Origin: an uncultured delta proteobacterium
GTDB lineage: Bacteria; Myxococcota_A; Polyangia; Polyangiales; Polyangiaceae
Direction of reading: 5' to 3'
Length of the DNA: 64,000 nt
Assembly: GCA_963716725.1 (NCBI GenBank)
Contig: CAVQUB010000015.1
Span: forward strand, 549,943-613,942
Shown: piece by piece, positions 20,123-31,362 of the stretch
How positions within the stretch are numbered: the first letter of the stretch is position 1
Layout of the letters: every line of letters starts with the position of its first letter
Made by a program: the position numbers and the translations under genes
Notes under the pieces: generated by a model
Database searches by the model: none
What the model was told of the DNA's origin: nothing
What the model saw: the letters and a program-made list of their open reading frames with translations, nothing else

Positions 20123-23100
20123 TCAACCGCCGTCGAGTTCCGAGACGAGCTGTCGGGCTTGGTGGTGGTCGGGGTTGTCCGAGAGGGCCTTGCCCGCGAG
20201 CATGCGCGCGCGCCTTGGGTCGCCCGCGCGCTGGGCGAGCAGAGCGAGCTGGTAGTTTGCGTGGGCCTTGACCTCGGCGGTGAGCACCTCGCCGCTTTCT
20301 TCGTCGCCGACCCGGAGCATCGTCACGCCGCGGAACGCGCGGGATGCGACCTCGAGCTCGTCCATGTCCAGCGCCAACTGTCCGAGCTCCATGGCGAGTC
20401 GGGCGCTCTTCATGTCCATCTCGAAGGCTCGGGTCAGCGACGCCAGGGCGTCGCTGAGAAAGCCCTCGGCCAGCTGGATGCGGCTAATTTCTCGGTACAC
20501 CGGCGAGAGTTCTTTGGAGCGCCGCCCGCGGTAGGAGGCCACCACCTCGCCGAGCAAGCTCATCGCTTCCTCGCCCCGTCCGACGGCGGCGAGGGCTCGC
20601 CCGAGCAGAATCGCGCCATCCGCGCTGTCTGGCGACAGACCTCGCGCCTCGCTCAGCACCTCGACCGCGCGGGCCGGATCGCCATCGGGCATCAACAACA
20701 GATTGCCTGCCTGTAAGAGCAGCTCGAAGCGACGCTGGACCTGCTGCTCGTCGGCCGCCTCCTCGAACACGAAGCGCGCGAGCTCCCGGCTGTCCCCCAC
20801 CACCTCGTACAAGCTGCGCAGTCGTTCGCGGAGGCGCGGTTCTCGAGGAGCGAGCTTGTGCGCGCGTTCGAGCCCGCCGCGGGCGTCACCGAAGCGTCCC
20901 GCGCGGTCGCAGGCCTCGGCCAGCGCCAGGGCCGCCTCGGTCAGTGCGTCCCCTTCTTCGAGCGCGATCAGCTTGCGGTACGCCATGCTCGCGGCGTCCC
21001 AGCGCTCGGCTCGCCCTTCGAGTTCGGCCAGCCGTCGGGCGACCTCGCGATCCTTGGGAACCTGCTTTCCGAGCTCCACCAGCTGCGCACGCGCGGCATC
21101 GACGTCCCCGCTTTGCTCGAGCACTTCGGCCAGCCGGAGCGCGAGTTCTCGGCCGCGATCGGCCTCGGCGTTGGCGATGGCGCGCTCGAGCGCCGGGACC
21201 AGGTCGTGGGCCGCGTCGGCGTCGACGCTGAATGCCTGTTCGAGCACTTGCACGGCTTCCTCGTCCCGGCCGACGTCGGAGAGCAGCGCGGCTCGCGCTC
21301 GCGACACCTGGGGATCGGCGGTCATGTCCCCGAGCGAGTCGAGGATCTCGAGGGCGACGATCGACTCGCCGCCGCAGCGGTGCGCGTCGATCAAGCGTCC
21401 GAGCAGCTCGTGATCGTTCGGGACCACTCGAATCGCGTCACGCAGCACCCGGGCGGCGCCTGCCCAGTCCTCCCGCGCCGCGTAGCGCTCGAGCAAGGGA
21501 TCCCGGAGTTCCACGGTGGTCGGGCTCGCAATGAAACCCAGCTCGAGAGCGCGCTCGGCGCCCGCTTCGTCGCCCTGGTCGCTGCGGAGCGTGAGCAGTC
21601 GGGAGGCGATCTCCACCGCCGGCTCACCTCGCTCCACCCGCAAGAGCGACTCGAGGACGTCCGCGACGACGTAGGCATCGTCTCGGAGCTCGGCCAGGCG
21701 CAGCACCGCGCTCAGCACCTCGCGGTCGGACTTGTCCCAATCGAGCACGGCGACGTAGACGTCGTAAGAGTCGTCCGGGCGAGCTTCGGCCTCGAGCAAT
21801 CTTCCCAATCGCAGCGATTGCGCGACCAGTCGCGGCACGTCTTGCCGGTCCTTGGCGGTGTCGATCTGGGTGACCAAGAGCGCGACGATTAGGTCGGTTT
21901 GGCCGCCGATTTCCAAGATCGAGAGCAAGCGGTCCGCCGCGCGCTTCTGCGACGGGTCTTCCTCGAGGATTTCTTGCAAGATGGTCGTGGCTTCCAGTGA
22001 CCGGGCCTCGTCGAGCAGGATCTCGGCCTGCTCGAAACGCAGCTGCGCGCGGTCCGCGCTGTTCTCGACCAGGGGTACGGTCCGCTCGATGAGTTCCACG
22101 AGTGCTTCGGAGGCGCCCAGCTTTCGGTACACCGAAGCGAGTGGCTCCCACACACCGCGATCCGCGGGATCTTGTTCGAGCAGCGATTCGTAAATCCGTC
22201 GCGCCGTCGCGGCGTCATTGGCGTCGACGAGAGCCCGGCTGGCGACCGCCAGCAGCAATGCCCGGGACTCGTCGGCGTCGAGAACCGCTGCGGCGCGTTC
22301 GCGGAGCGACAACGCTTCGGTGAGTGCGCCGCGTTCATCGCAGAGATCCGCCAGCTCGCAGAGCGCCCAGGCCAGATCCGTGTCGCCCAACCCCGAGTCG
22401 TCGACGTCCCGCAGCGCAGATCTCAAGAGGGCTTCGGCCGCATCCGCCTGTTCGGCACCTTCAGCGAGGGCCACGCCTTCGCGCAGGGCTTCGGGGTGCG
22501 GTCCGGGCAGCGCCACGACTCTCGCCAGCGCGTCGAGCAGGGTCGCGGCGTCGGGTTTCGCCCGGGCAATTCCCTCGAAGAGCGTCACCAGAGCGTCGTT
22601 CGCCGGGTGCGCGTCGAGCGCGCCACGCAGTAGCCGCTCGGCGCGGTCGAGATCGGGGCTCAGCTCCAGCGCGCGCTCCAAGACCTCGATGCCGCGCGCC
22701 AGCGCCGGGGGATCTTGCAGCCGGATTTCCGCCAGTCGATAGAAGGCCTCGGGTTCGATCTCCGCGCTGCCCGAGCTGAGCGCGGCCGACACCCGTCGCT
22801 CGAGCACATCCGCCTCGGCGCTCGCGTCGCCGAGGAAGTCGTAGACTCGACCGAGGGCTGCCCAGGCGCGATCGTCGTCGGCAGCTCCCTCGTCGAGGTC
22901 GCCGTGGATGACCTTGGCGCGATCCCGGATGCGTGCCTCGGCGGAGCTGATCCCGCCCAGGTGCTCGGCGTGCAAAAATGCCAGATCTGCCAAGGCGCTG
23001 GCGGCCTCTGCCGGCGTCTCGGCCCGCGCCAGCCGGCTCTCCACCGATCGAGCCAGGAGATCGTAGCGGCCGCGATTTCGGAGCGCGGCCTCGAGGGCGT

Positions 23101-26100
23101 CGGCTTCCCGCGCGCTCTCCATGGCGGCCTCGAAGGCGGAATCTACGAGCTCCGCCGCTCGCACGTCGTCCTGAGACCGCGCCGCGATCTCCGCCAGGTC
23201 GAGCAAGGCTTCGGCCCGACTCGGGGCGTCGTCGTCATCGCGTCCGAGCACCAGCAAGAGCGCACGGTATTGCTTCTCGGCACGGTCGAGCTGTCCCTCT
23301 TCGAAGGCGAGCTTGGCCAGCGCTTGCAGGATCCCGGGGTGCGCGGGATCGATCTTGTTGGCGAGGGCGAGCTCCGCGATGGCCTCCGCGCGACGGTCGG
23401 CGGCGAGCGAGACCCGCGCCAACTGGAAGTGAACGAGCGCGCGGTCCTTGGGCTTGCGCGTGCCGTAGCGCTCGATCTGGGTCTTGAGCACTGAAAGTGC
23501 GTCGTCGAGGCGGCCGCTGTTCGTGAAGGCCGACGCGAGTCCGAGGCGAAGCGAAGGTTCGTCGGGGTCGAGCTCGATGGCCTGCTCGAGGAGCGGCACG
23601 GCGGCTTCGGCGTTGCCGAGCTTGTCGATGTAGAGCCGCGCCGTCTCCTGCAGGAGCTCGAGCCTTGCCTTGGTACTGGGCGCGCGCTGTGCCTCCGTCG
23701 TGAGCAAGGCCGCCAGGGGCGCGTGGGCCCGAAGCGTCCGGTACAGGTCGGCCAGCCGCTTGCGCACGGCACCCGCATCGAGGGCCGTCGACGCGGCATG
23801 CTCGAGCCGCGCTCGCGCCAGCTCCGGCTGTCCGGCGCGCAGATACGCCTCGGCAAGGCGCAAGGCCCGGGACCCGAGCTCGTCGCGAGTCGAGCGCTCA
23901 CAGAGCCGCTCCAATGCGGCGGCCGCTTCCCCCGGGCGGCCCTCGGCGTCGTGAATACGCGCCAGCGCATCGAGAGCCGCCTCGCTGCCGAGATCTGCCG
24001 CAGCGCGGTGGTTTTCGATGGCGCGATCCTTCGATCCGAGGCGGGTCTCCGCGATCTCAGCGGCCCGGGCGAAGAGGGCCGCCGCCGCGCCCGCGTCGCC
24101 GATCGCTGCCCGCGCCTGGGCCTGGACCTCCCACAGGCTCGCGATTTCGTCGTCCAAGTTCTGCTCCTCCAAGAGCAGGGCGAAACGCGTGACGGCGGCC
24201 TGGGCCACGCGATCGGCAGGGTCCTCGGCAAACAGCCTGCGGAAGTAGGTCAGGGCGCGACTGGCGTCGCCGAGGCGGTCCGAGCACAGGCACGCGGCTT
24301 CCGACAGCAGCTCGCGCCGAGTCTCGGTGGAAAATGGCAGATCCATCGCGGCGAGATGAAGGTCGACCACTGCGGCGTGGTCGCCTTCGTCCCCGAGGCG
24401 CTTGCCCAGCAAGCCCAAGGCAGCCAGCGCTGCGCTGCCGGCGGCCTCGGCGGCTTCCCCCGTGCCGCTCTTCCAGGTCTCGACGGCCCGGGCGAAGAGC
24501 TGCTCGGCGAGCGCACGGCCCCGAGGGCGCTCGGCCGGCGCATCGAGCACGGCCAGCGCCCGCTCCCAGTTGCCGACGCTGGAGAACGCCGCGAGCGCAG
24601 CCTCGAGGTTCGCCGTATGTTCCACGTGAACGGTCCCGAGCGCCGACGAGAGCGTCGCGCGCCGAACCGAGTCCGCCTCCGCCGCGATCTCCTCGGCCGT
24701 GAGCGCCGTCCAGTCCTGCCAACGATCGGCGCCACGATACAGCTCTGCGAGCGCTTCGAAGCTCTCGGTGTCGGGCCCGAGCTCCGACCGAATCGCCTTC
24801 CAGGCGGCGATGGACCGCTCGCGGTCGCCGAGTTGGTCCGCCCACAGGCGAGCCACGAAGGTGCGATCGCGCCGGGCCCCCTCGGGATCGGACAGCGCGG
24901 CGCGCGCTTCGAGCACGTCGATCAGCCCGGGCCAGTCGCCCTGGGCGGCCACCGCGTCGGCAAGTCCGTCGAGGGCCTCCACGTCCGTGGCGTCATCGGC
25001 CAACCGGGCTCGCCACGCGTTGATGGCACGCCCCCAATCCTTGAGCGCTCTGCCACTCACCCGGGCCGCAGCTCCGAGGGCGGCTCGGCGGCGCCCCGGC
25101 TCGTCCTCCAAGTTCGCGAGGCGCTCCAGGACGCCCACGCGTTCTTCGGCGCGCCCTGCGGCTTCCAACAGCGGATCGAGCTCACGCGCAGCTCCGAGCG
25201 CGCGCGCGCCGTCGCCTGCGGCTTCGTCGAGCACGCGTTGATAAAGCTCGATGGCCGCCCCAGCGTCCCCCAAATCGGTCTTTCGAACCGACGCGGATTC
25301 GAGCAAGAGGTCCAGTCGCACCGACGGCTCTTCGGCTCCGCCGGCGATGGAGACGAGCAGCTCGGCCCGCCTTTCGTGATCGCCCGTGCGCCCGGCGAGC
25401 TCGGCGAGGCGCACCCGATGCAAGGTCTCGTGGGGCTCCAGCGCCACCAGCTGCGCGACGCTCTCGAAGGCGCCGCTGAAGTCGCCGATGGCGTCGATTT
25501 TCAACTGGATGATCTTCTCGAGTCGCGAGATGCGCTCCTGTTTGCTGTCGGCGAGCTCGAGCTCGACCTCGAGCATGCGCGCGACCTGAGGGACGTCGTT
25601 GGCAGCCTCGTAACGCTTGCGCAGCAGCTCGGCGGCGGCGTGTCGCACGCTCCTGGCCTTGCTCTTCTTTTTCTTGCTCTCGTCGCCCGGCAGCATGGAC
25701 TCCCGCGCGGATGGAAGCGCGACGAGGCGCTCGAGCAGATCGTGAACCTCCGGCTTCGGCTTCGGGTCACTCAGCAGCCGCTCGAGCAATGCATACGCCT
25801 CGATTGGATCGCCAACGTCGAGCCAGAGGCTCACGAGGCGGACGAGCAGCGCGCCATGTTTGGGCCCCGCCGCCTGCTCCAGCCGGCGACCCAAGAGCGC
25901 AATCAGCGGGCGAGTGCGGCCCTCGCGCTCGTAGAGGCGCTCGAGAGAAGCCTCGATGCGCCCATCCTCCGGGGCCAGCTCCTCGAGGCGCTCGAGGTAG
26001 TCGATGGCCCGGTCCGCGTCGTTCGCGAAGTCTTTGGCGGCCATCGAAGCTTCGCGCAAGAGGTCCACCTTGCGGCCGGTCTCCTCGGTGAGGCCGAGCG

Positions 26101-29100
26101 CCCGATCGTAGAGCGCGAACAGCTCGGGCCAGCGCGCGGCGCTGTTGTACGCCAGCTTCAGGCGGTCGAAGGCCCAATCGGCCCCGGGGCAGAGCTCGAG
26201 CACGCGTGCGAGCAAGGCCACGACGCGCTCGGCATCCTCGAACCATTCTTCGTTGAACTCCACGAAGCGTCGGCCGAGGTCTTCGGCGACCTCCGGCGGC
26301 AGGTCCCGATCGATTGAACGTCCGTAAGCGGCCGCGACCGGCTCCGGACGATTCAGGCGCCGGGCCACCCGCTCGGCGGCGTCCCAGAGATCCGCCTGCC
26401 CCGGGAACTCCTCGGCTCCTGCGAGCGCGAACGCGAGCGTCGCCTCATCGTCGTCTTCGCGGCACTCGAGCAGCTTTCGGTACCAGCGTGCCCGCGCCTC
26501 CGCCAGGGCGTCCACGCCCCGTGCGACGTTGATCAACGACTCGAGCAGCTCGCTGCGCGCCGCTGGGCTCTCGGCGTTTTCGGCGACCTTCTCCAAGAGC
26601 ACGGCGGCCTCGGCGCGTACTGCTTCGAAGGCCAGGAGCGAGCGGGTGAGCCGCATGACCTCGGCGTCTTGGGGGGCGGCATCCAGCAGGTGAGCCAGGG
26701 TGTCCAGCGCCTCGCTCGGCCGATCGAGGCGCTCGATCCAGAGGGAAACCATGGCGATCTCCGCGAGTATTCGCGATTCGCCCTGGCTGCCTTCACGCAG
26801 GCTGCGCAGGGTCGACAGCGCGCCTTCGGCGTCACCGTGGGTCGATTGCAGGCGGGCGAGCTGCGCCAGCGCGTCGAGACGCTCTCCGTCGCGGTCGATC
26901 ACCCGTTTGTACAGCTCGATGGCCGCGGCCGGGTTGCCCAGAGTGGTCTCCTCGGCCAGCGCCCACGCGATGAGCACCGTGGTCGGATCTGCGGCCCGCC
27001 CTGCGCGCCACTCGAAGAGCCAGCGACGATCCGCGATGCGCGCCGGAGTGAGCTCGCCGGTGGCGAGAAAGACCGTGAACGCTTCGGCGGCGGGCTGCAC
27101 GTCGTCGGCGCCGCTCTCGAGCACACGGCGGTAGATGGCCGCCACCTCGTCGCGATGCGAGAGGCTGCTGGTCAGCACCCGGGCTCGAGACAACAACAAC
27201 TGCCGAAGCCGCGCCGGTTCGAGGCCCTCGCGTTCGAGAGCCCCGTCGGTCAGCACGACGAACACCTCGACGGCTCCTTCGGCGACCGCCGGCGCCTCCA
27301 GTGAGAGCACGAGCGAGACCACATCGCGCTCGTCGGTGTTCGTTCGGTGCAATACCTCGAAGGCTTCGGGGATTTTCTGCCAGGCGCCCGAGCCGGCATA
27401 GAGCGCGATCAAGCGGCGAGCAGCCTCCGCTTCGTCGGGGCTGACTCCCAGCACGCGCTCGTACATGCGCTTGGCGCGCTCGTCGTCGCCGGCGGCGTCG
27501 GCGGCCCGGGCGCCTTCGAGCCAAGACTTGGCGGCGGACTCGGCGTCCACCAGCTGCTTGGCCTGGACCAGCCCCAGCTTCTCCAGGAGCGCGGCGCGGT
27601 CCTCCGGCGCGCCCGCCACCGCGATCCGGCGCTCGAGCACGTTCTTCATCGTCTCGGCGTCGCCGTTCGAGTGCGCGAGCAACTCGATGTTCTCGAGCAC
27701 GCTGTCGGAGGGCTCGGCCTTGGCGAGCAGCTCACGGTAGTGCTCCAGCGCCTTGCCGGTGTCGCTCTCGGACGCCACTTCGGCCATCTTCAATAGGGTC
27801 GCGTTGCGGCGCTCGCCCTCGTGGAACTCCAGCGCCCGCTGGAGCTCGGCGTACAACGGCGCCCACTGCCGGGCTTCGGAATAACGCTCGACCAAGGCCT
27901 GGTGCGCCACGGCGTCCCGCGGATCGTCGCCGAGCGCCCGTCGCCAAGTCTCGACGGCTTCGTCGGGCCGTCCAAGCTCACCACCGAGCAAGCGCGCGGT
28001 GGAGTGGAGCAGGTGTTTCTTGCGCGCCCCCTCGGGGTCGCGCGCGAGCGCGTCGCGGTAGAGCGCCAAACGTTCATCGGGGCTGCCCTGCTCGGCCAAG
28101 AGCTCGTCGATGCGCGAGAGAAGCTCCGCGTTGGTCGGATCGTAGGCCAGCGCGCGGCGATAGACGGCGGTGGCCCGCGCCACGTCGCCGCTCTGGACCA
28201 ACGCCTCGGCCGCGGATTGGGCGAGCTCGCACAGCTCTGGGCCGTCCACCGCGTGATCGCCCAGGGCGTCGGCCAAGGCGCGGGCGCGCTCGCTGGGGCG
28301 TCCCGCCTCGGTCCCAAGCGCCTGCACGCGTTCGAGCCAGGCAACAATCGCCGAACGATCGGAGGCAACCACCAAGGCCAGGCCCCGGGCTGCCAGCTCC
28401 AGGCCGCGCACGGGATCCTTCAAGCTCATGGCGGCGATCTCGAGGGCCTCCTCGAGGGCCGCCAGTTGGGTCGCCGGCTCCGCCGTCAGCTCGACGCGCG
28501 TCTCGAGCACACGCAGCAGACCCGTGCCCGGTTCTTCGCTTCGGTAGACGCGTTCGAGCAGGTCCGCGGCCTCGCGTCGTGCGTCGCCGGCCACCAGCAG
28601 CTTCTCGACCGCGGCGCGGCTGACCTTGTCGGCGGGATCGTCGGCGAGGGCCTGCTCGTAGGCGGCGAGGCCGCCGACAACGTCTTCGAGGCGTGAAATC
28701 TTGAGCTGAGCGAGCCGGTGCAGCAGCGCGGCGCGGTCCTCGGGCGGGGCCTGCTCGAGATCACGCTCGATGACCCAAGCCAGCTCCTTCCACTCTTTCT
28801 CCTGCTCGAGCAGCGGAATCATCTGCGCATGCGCGTCGCGCGCGGGCCCGAAGCGAGCAAGGTAGGCCCGCCACGCCGCGAGGGCCGCCGCTCGATCGCG
28901 CCCTTTGGTGGTGCGGAGTTCGGCTGCGCGGAAGGTCAAGTGTCGACCTTCGCCGGGATCTTTCGCGCGGACCGCACGCCGCTCGGTGACGTCGATGAGC
29001 CCCTCGAAATCGCCTTGCTCCTCGTACAAACCTTGCAGCTTCTTCAGGGCGTCATCGGCCCAGGGCGAGTCGACCAGGGCGCGGTACGCGCTGATGGCTT

Positions 29101-30562
29101 TGGCGGGATCATCGAGCTCTCCTTCGGCGAGCTTTGCCAATCGCCGGGCGCAGGCGTTGCGCTGCTCGGGGTCGGTCTCCAGCCGAGCGACGTGCTCGAG
29201 GGCGGCGGCCAACGACCTGGCGTCTCCGGACTTGTCATGGAGCTCCATGAGGTGACGGGCGGCGCTGAGGGTGGCTGACGGATCGGTGCCGTCTTCCACA
29301 ACCTGCTTGAACGCTGCTTCGGCGCGTTTCAGGTCCCCTGAGTGGAAGTAGACCGCGCCGATCTCGGCGCCCACGCGGGCCCGGATCGCGGGATCTTTGC
29401 AGCTGCCCAGGGCGCGATTGAGAAGCTTGGCGGCCTCGGCCGGTTGGTTCAAGCTGAGGCTGAGCTCGACGAAACGCCGACGTGCCTCGTCTTCGCCCGG
29501 CTCGGCGCTCACCACGGGCCCGAGCAACTCCAGGGCACCCGACGGATCGCCGGCGTCTTGCCTGATGAAGGCCAGGCGCCGCTGCACCTCGAGTCGACGC
29601 GGACCGCGCACGGTCTTGAGCTCCAGGTTGAGCATCGCGGCGGCTTGATCGGCCAGGCCGAGCTTGAAATAGGCGTCCGACAGCGCCGCCGCCACCCGGG
29701 CCGCGACCGCCCGATTGTCGAGCAGCCCTTCGGCCAAGCGTCGCGCCTCGGCGTGAGCCGGGGTCTGGGCGAGCAGTGCTTCGATGTGCGGCACCGCGCG
29801 GTGCGGCTCCCCGACGTCTTTGCCGTAGAGCTCGAGCAGCCGCGTCCGCAGCTGAAACGCCTCGACTTCGCCCGGCGCCGGCTCCCGAGCGAGGGAGGCC
29901 TCGAGGAGCTTGATCGACTCGCGGGGCTTGCCCGCGGCGACCAGCCTTTGTTCCAGCGCGTCACGCACCCAGGCGTCGCTGGGATCGATCTTGTGAAGGC
30001 GCGAGAGGGCGTCGACGGTGATCGTCGACATTTCCGGAACGTCGGCTGCAACCTCCACGACCTGCCGCAGGCGCTTGAGCTGTACGGCAGGATCGCGATC
30101 GTGAGTGGCCAGATCGAAGTAGAGCTTGGCCAGTCTGGCGTGGTCGCTACTGTCACCGAAGATCTTCTCGAGGCGCGCGACGGCCTCGGGCTGGCCGGGC
30201 TCCGCCGCGAGCACGCGCTCCGCGTAGCTGACCGCACCGTCCGGATCTCCGAACACGTCGGAGAAGAAGCAGGTGGCCTGGAGGAACACTGCCGCCTGGC
30301 TCTCGGCGGGCAAGAGCTTCACCCGACGATCCTGCGCCAGGCTCTCGTAGGCGAAGGCTAGATCGGCGAGCTTGTCCTGCTCGGACGCGACGGCGTGCAG
30401 CTTCTCGAAGAGCGCGGGAAAGAGCTGCCCCTTGGCGGCGGCGTTCACCAAGCTGTCGAGCACCGCTTGCGGGTTCTCGATGGGCCCGCTCAGGTACTCG
30501 TCCAACTCCTCGATCCGTAGGCTGTGACTGCCCGGTCCCTTGCTGCCCTTCGTGTTCGCCAT
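20123..30562 (-). CDS. giant TPR/alpha-solenoid protein (3479 aa), reminiscent of myxobacterial AgmK-type proteins
   Basis: Uninterrupted ORF of A/L/E/R-rich helical repeats (AL..DP, L..LY, W..L); no signal peptide. Confidence 0.85.
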   Translation of the reverse strand: MANTKGSKGPGSHSLRIEELDEYLSGPIENPQAVLDSLVNAAAKGQLFPALFEKLHAVASEQDKLADLAFAYESLAQDRRVKLLPAESQAAVFLQATCFFSDVFGDPDGAVSYAERVLAAEPGQPEAVARLEKIFGDSSDHARLAKLYFDLATHDRDPAVQLKRLRQVVEVAADVPEMSTITVDALSRLHKIDPSDAWVRDALEQRLVAAGKPRESIKLLEASLAREPAPGEVEAFQLRTRLLELYGKDVGEPHRAVPHIEALLAQTPAHAEARRLAEGLLDNRAVAARVAAALSDAYFKLGLADQAAAMLNLELKTVRGPRRLEVQRRLAFIRQDAGDPSGALELLGPVVSAEPGEDEARRRFVELSLSLNQPAEAAKLLNRALGSCKDPAIRARVGAEIGAVYFHSGDLKRAEAAFKQVVEDGTDPSATLSAARHLMELHDKSGDARSLAAALEHVARLETDPEQRNACARRLAKLAEGELDDPAKAISAYRALVDSPWADDALKKLQGLYEEQGDFEGLIDVTERRAVRAKDPGEGRHLTFRAAELRTTKGRDRAAALAAWRAYLARFGPARDAHAQMIPLLEQEKEWKELAWVIERDLEQAPPEDRAALLHRLAQLKISRLEDVVGGLAAYEQALADDPADKVSRAAVEKLLVAGDARREAADLLERVYRSEEPGTGLLRVLETRVELTAEPATQLAALEEALEIAAMSLKDPVRGLELAARGLALVVASDRSAIVAWLERVQALGTEAGRPSERARALADALGDHAVDGPELCELAQSAAEALVQSGDVARATAVYRRALAYDPTNAELLSRIDELLAEQGSPDERLALYRDALARDPEGARKKHLLHSTARLLGGELGRPDEAVETWRRALGDDPRDAVAHQALVERYSEARQWAPLYAELQRALEFHEGERRNATLLKMAEVASESDTGKALEHYRELLAKAEPSDSVLENIELLAHSNGDAETMKNVLERRIAVAGAPEDRAALLEKLGLVQAKQLVDAESAAKSWLEGARAADAAGDDERAKRMYERVLGVSPDEAEAARRLIALYAGSGAWQKIPEAFEVLHRTNTDERDVVSLVLSLEAPAVAEGAVEVFVVLTDGALEREGLEPARLRQLLLSRARVLTSSLSHRDEVAAIYRRVLESGADDVQPAAEAFTVFLATGELTPARIADRRWLFEWRAGRAADPTTVLIAWALAEETTLGNPAAAIELYKRVIDRDGERLDALAQLARLQSTHGDAEGALSTLRSLREGSQGESRILAEIAMVSLWIERLDRPSEALDTLAHLLDAAPQDAEVMRLTRSLLAFEAVRAEAAVLLEKVAENAESPAARSELLESLINVARGVDALAEARARWYRKLLECREDDDEATLAFALAGAEEFPGQADLWDAAERVARRLNRPEPVAAAYGRSIDRDLPPEVAEDLGRRFVEFNEEWFEDAERVVALLARVLELCPGADWAFDRLKLAYNSAARWPELFALYDRALGLTEETGRKVDLLREASMAAKDFANDADRAIDYLERLEELAPEDGRIEASLERLYEREGRTRPLIALLGRRLEQAAGPKHGALLVRLVSLWLDVGDPIEAYALLERLLSDPKPKPEVHDLLERLVALPSARESMLPGDESKKKKSKARSVRHAAAELLRKRYEAANDVPQVARMLEVELELADSKQERISRLEKIIQLKIDAIGDFSGAFESVAQLVALEPHETLHRVRLAELAGRTGDHERRAELLVSIAGGAEEPSVRLDLLLESASVRKTDLGDAGAAIELYQRVLDEAAGDGARALGAARELDPLLEAAGRAEERVGVLERLANLEDEPGRRRAALGAAARVSGRALKDWGRAINAWRARLADDATDVEALDGLADAVAAQGDWPGLIDVLEARAALSDPEGARRDRTFVARLWADQLGDRERSIAAWKAIRSELGPDTESFEALAELYRGADRWQDWTALTAEEIAAEADSVRRATLSSALGTVHVEHTANLEAALAAFSSVGNWERALAVLDAPAERPRGRALAEQLFARAVETWKSGTGEAAEAAGSAALAALGLLGKRLGDEGDHAAVVDLHLAAMDLPFSTETRRELLSEAACLCSDRLGDASRALTYFRRLFAEDPADRVAQAAVTRFALLLEEQNLDDEIASLWEVQAQARAAIGDAGAAAALFARAAEIAETRLGSKDRAIENHRAAADLGSEAALDALARIHDAEGRPGEAAAALERLCERSTRDELGSRALRLAEAYLRAGQPELARARLEHAASTALDAGAVRKRLADLYRTLRAHAPLAALLTTEAQRAPSTKARLELLQETARLYIDKLGNAEAAVPLLEQAIELDPDEPSLRLGLASAFTNSGRLDDALSVLKTQIERYGTRKPKDRALVHFQLARVSLAADRRAEAIAELALANKIDPAHPGILQALAKLAFEEGQLDRAEKQYRALLLVLGRDDDDAPSRAEALLDLAEIAARSQDDVRAAELVDSAFEAAMESAREADALEAALRNRGRYDLLARSVESRLARAETPAEAASALADLAFLHAEHLGGISSAEARIRDRAKVIHGDLDEGAADDDRAWAALGRVYDFLGDASAEADVLERRVSAALSSGSAEIEPEAFYRLAEIRLQDPPALARGIEVLERALELSPDLDRAERLLRGALDAHPANDALVTLFEGIARAKPDAATLLDALARVVALPGPHPEALREGVALAEGAEQADAAEALLRSALRDVDDSGLGDTDLAWALCELADLCDERGALTEALSLRERAAAVLDADESRALLLAVASRALVDANDAATARRIYESLLEQDPADRGVWEPLASVYRKLGASEALVELIERTVPLVENSADRAQLRFEQAEILLDEARSLEATTILQEILEEDPSQKRAADRLLSILEIGGQTDLIVALLVTQIDTAKDRQDVPRLVAQSLRLGRLLEAEARPDDSYDVYVAVLDWDKSDREVLSAVLRLAELRDDAYVVADVLESLLRVERGEPAVEIASRLLTLRSDQGDEAGAERALELGFIASPTTVELRDPLLERYAAREDWAGAARVLRDAIRVVPNDHELLGRLIDAHRCGGESIVALEILDSLGDMTADPQVSRARAALLSDVGRDEEAVQVLEQAFSVDADAAHDLVPALERAIANAEADRGRELALRLAEVLEQSGDVDAARAQLVELGKQVPKDREVARRLAELEGRAERWDAASMAYRKLIALEEGDALTEAALALAEACDRAGRFGDARGGLERAHKLAPREPRLRERLRSLYEVVGDSRELARFVFEEAADEQQVQRRFELLLQAGNLLLMPDGDPARAVEVLSEARGLSPDSADGAILLGRALAAVGRGEEAMSLLGEVVASYRGRRSKELSPVYREISRIQLAEGFLSDALASLTRAFEMDMKSARLAMELGQLALDMDELEVASRAFRGVTMLRVGDEESGEVLTAEVKAHANYQLALLAQRAGDPRRARMLAGKALSDNPDHHQARQLVSELDGG

Positions 30563-30696
30563 GCGTCCCTTCGACCGGTCCCCGAGCCCGTAACGCTAGG
30601 ACATTTTTGGGAACTGTTGGGCAGCTCTCGCCCCGCGGGCGATTTCACCCGCGGCGAAGGGCTGAGCATTTGCGACGTAGGTGCTTCAGCGCTAGC

Positions 30697-31332
30697 TCAC
30701 TTCGTGCCGTACAGGCGGTCACCCGCATCGCCAAGCCCGGGCAATATGTATCCGTGGTCGTTGAGCCGCGTGTCGATCGCAGGCGTGTAGATCGGCACGT
30801 CGGGATGACGCTCGTGCAGGCTCGCGATGCCCTCCGGCGCCGCGAGCAGGCAGACGTACTTCACGCTCTTCGGGCCGGTCTGCTTGATCCGGGTGACGGC
30901 GGCCGCGGCGCTGTTGCCCGTAGCGAGCATGGGATCCATCACGATCACGTCGCGATCCGCCATCTCGCCGGGGACCTTGAAGAAGTACTCGACCGGCTGC
31001 AGCGTCTCGGGATCGCGGTACAAGCCGATGTGCCCGACGCGAGCGCTGGGCACGATCCGGAGCATGCCGTCGAGCATGCCGGTGCCCGCGCGAAGCACGC
31101 TGATCAGCACGATCTTCTTGCCCTCGAGGACCGGAGCCCGCATCGACTCGAGGGGCGTCTCGATGTCTTCCATCACGAGCGGCAAGTCGCGTGTCACCTC
31201 GTAGGCCATCAACATGCTGAGCTCTTGAAGCAAGGCGCGGAACGAACTGGTGCTCGTGTCCTTGCGACGCATCAGCGTGAGCTTGTGCTGGATCAGCGGG
31301 TGTTTGATCACGAATACGTTGTCTGTGGGCAT
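30697..31332 (-). CDS. upp: uracil phosphoribosyltransferase
   Basis: [47 protein letters not shown]. Confidence 0.97.
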   Translation of the reverse strand: MPTDNVFVIKHPLIQHKLTLMRRKDTSTSSFRALLQELSMLMAYEVTRDLPLVMEDIETPLESMRAPVLEGKKIVLISVLRAGTGMLDGMLRIVPSARVGHIGLYRDPETLQPVEYFFKVPGEMADRDVIVMDPMLATGNSAAAAVTRIKQTGPKSVKYVCLLAAPEGIASLHERHPDVPIYTPAIDTRLNDHGYILPGLGDAGDRLYGTK

Positions 31333-31362
31333 CGACTGCTCCAGTTTGGACCCAGCTCTGGG

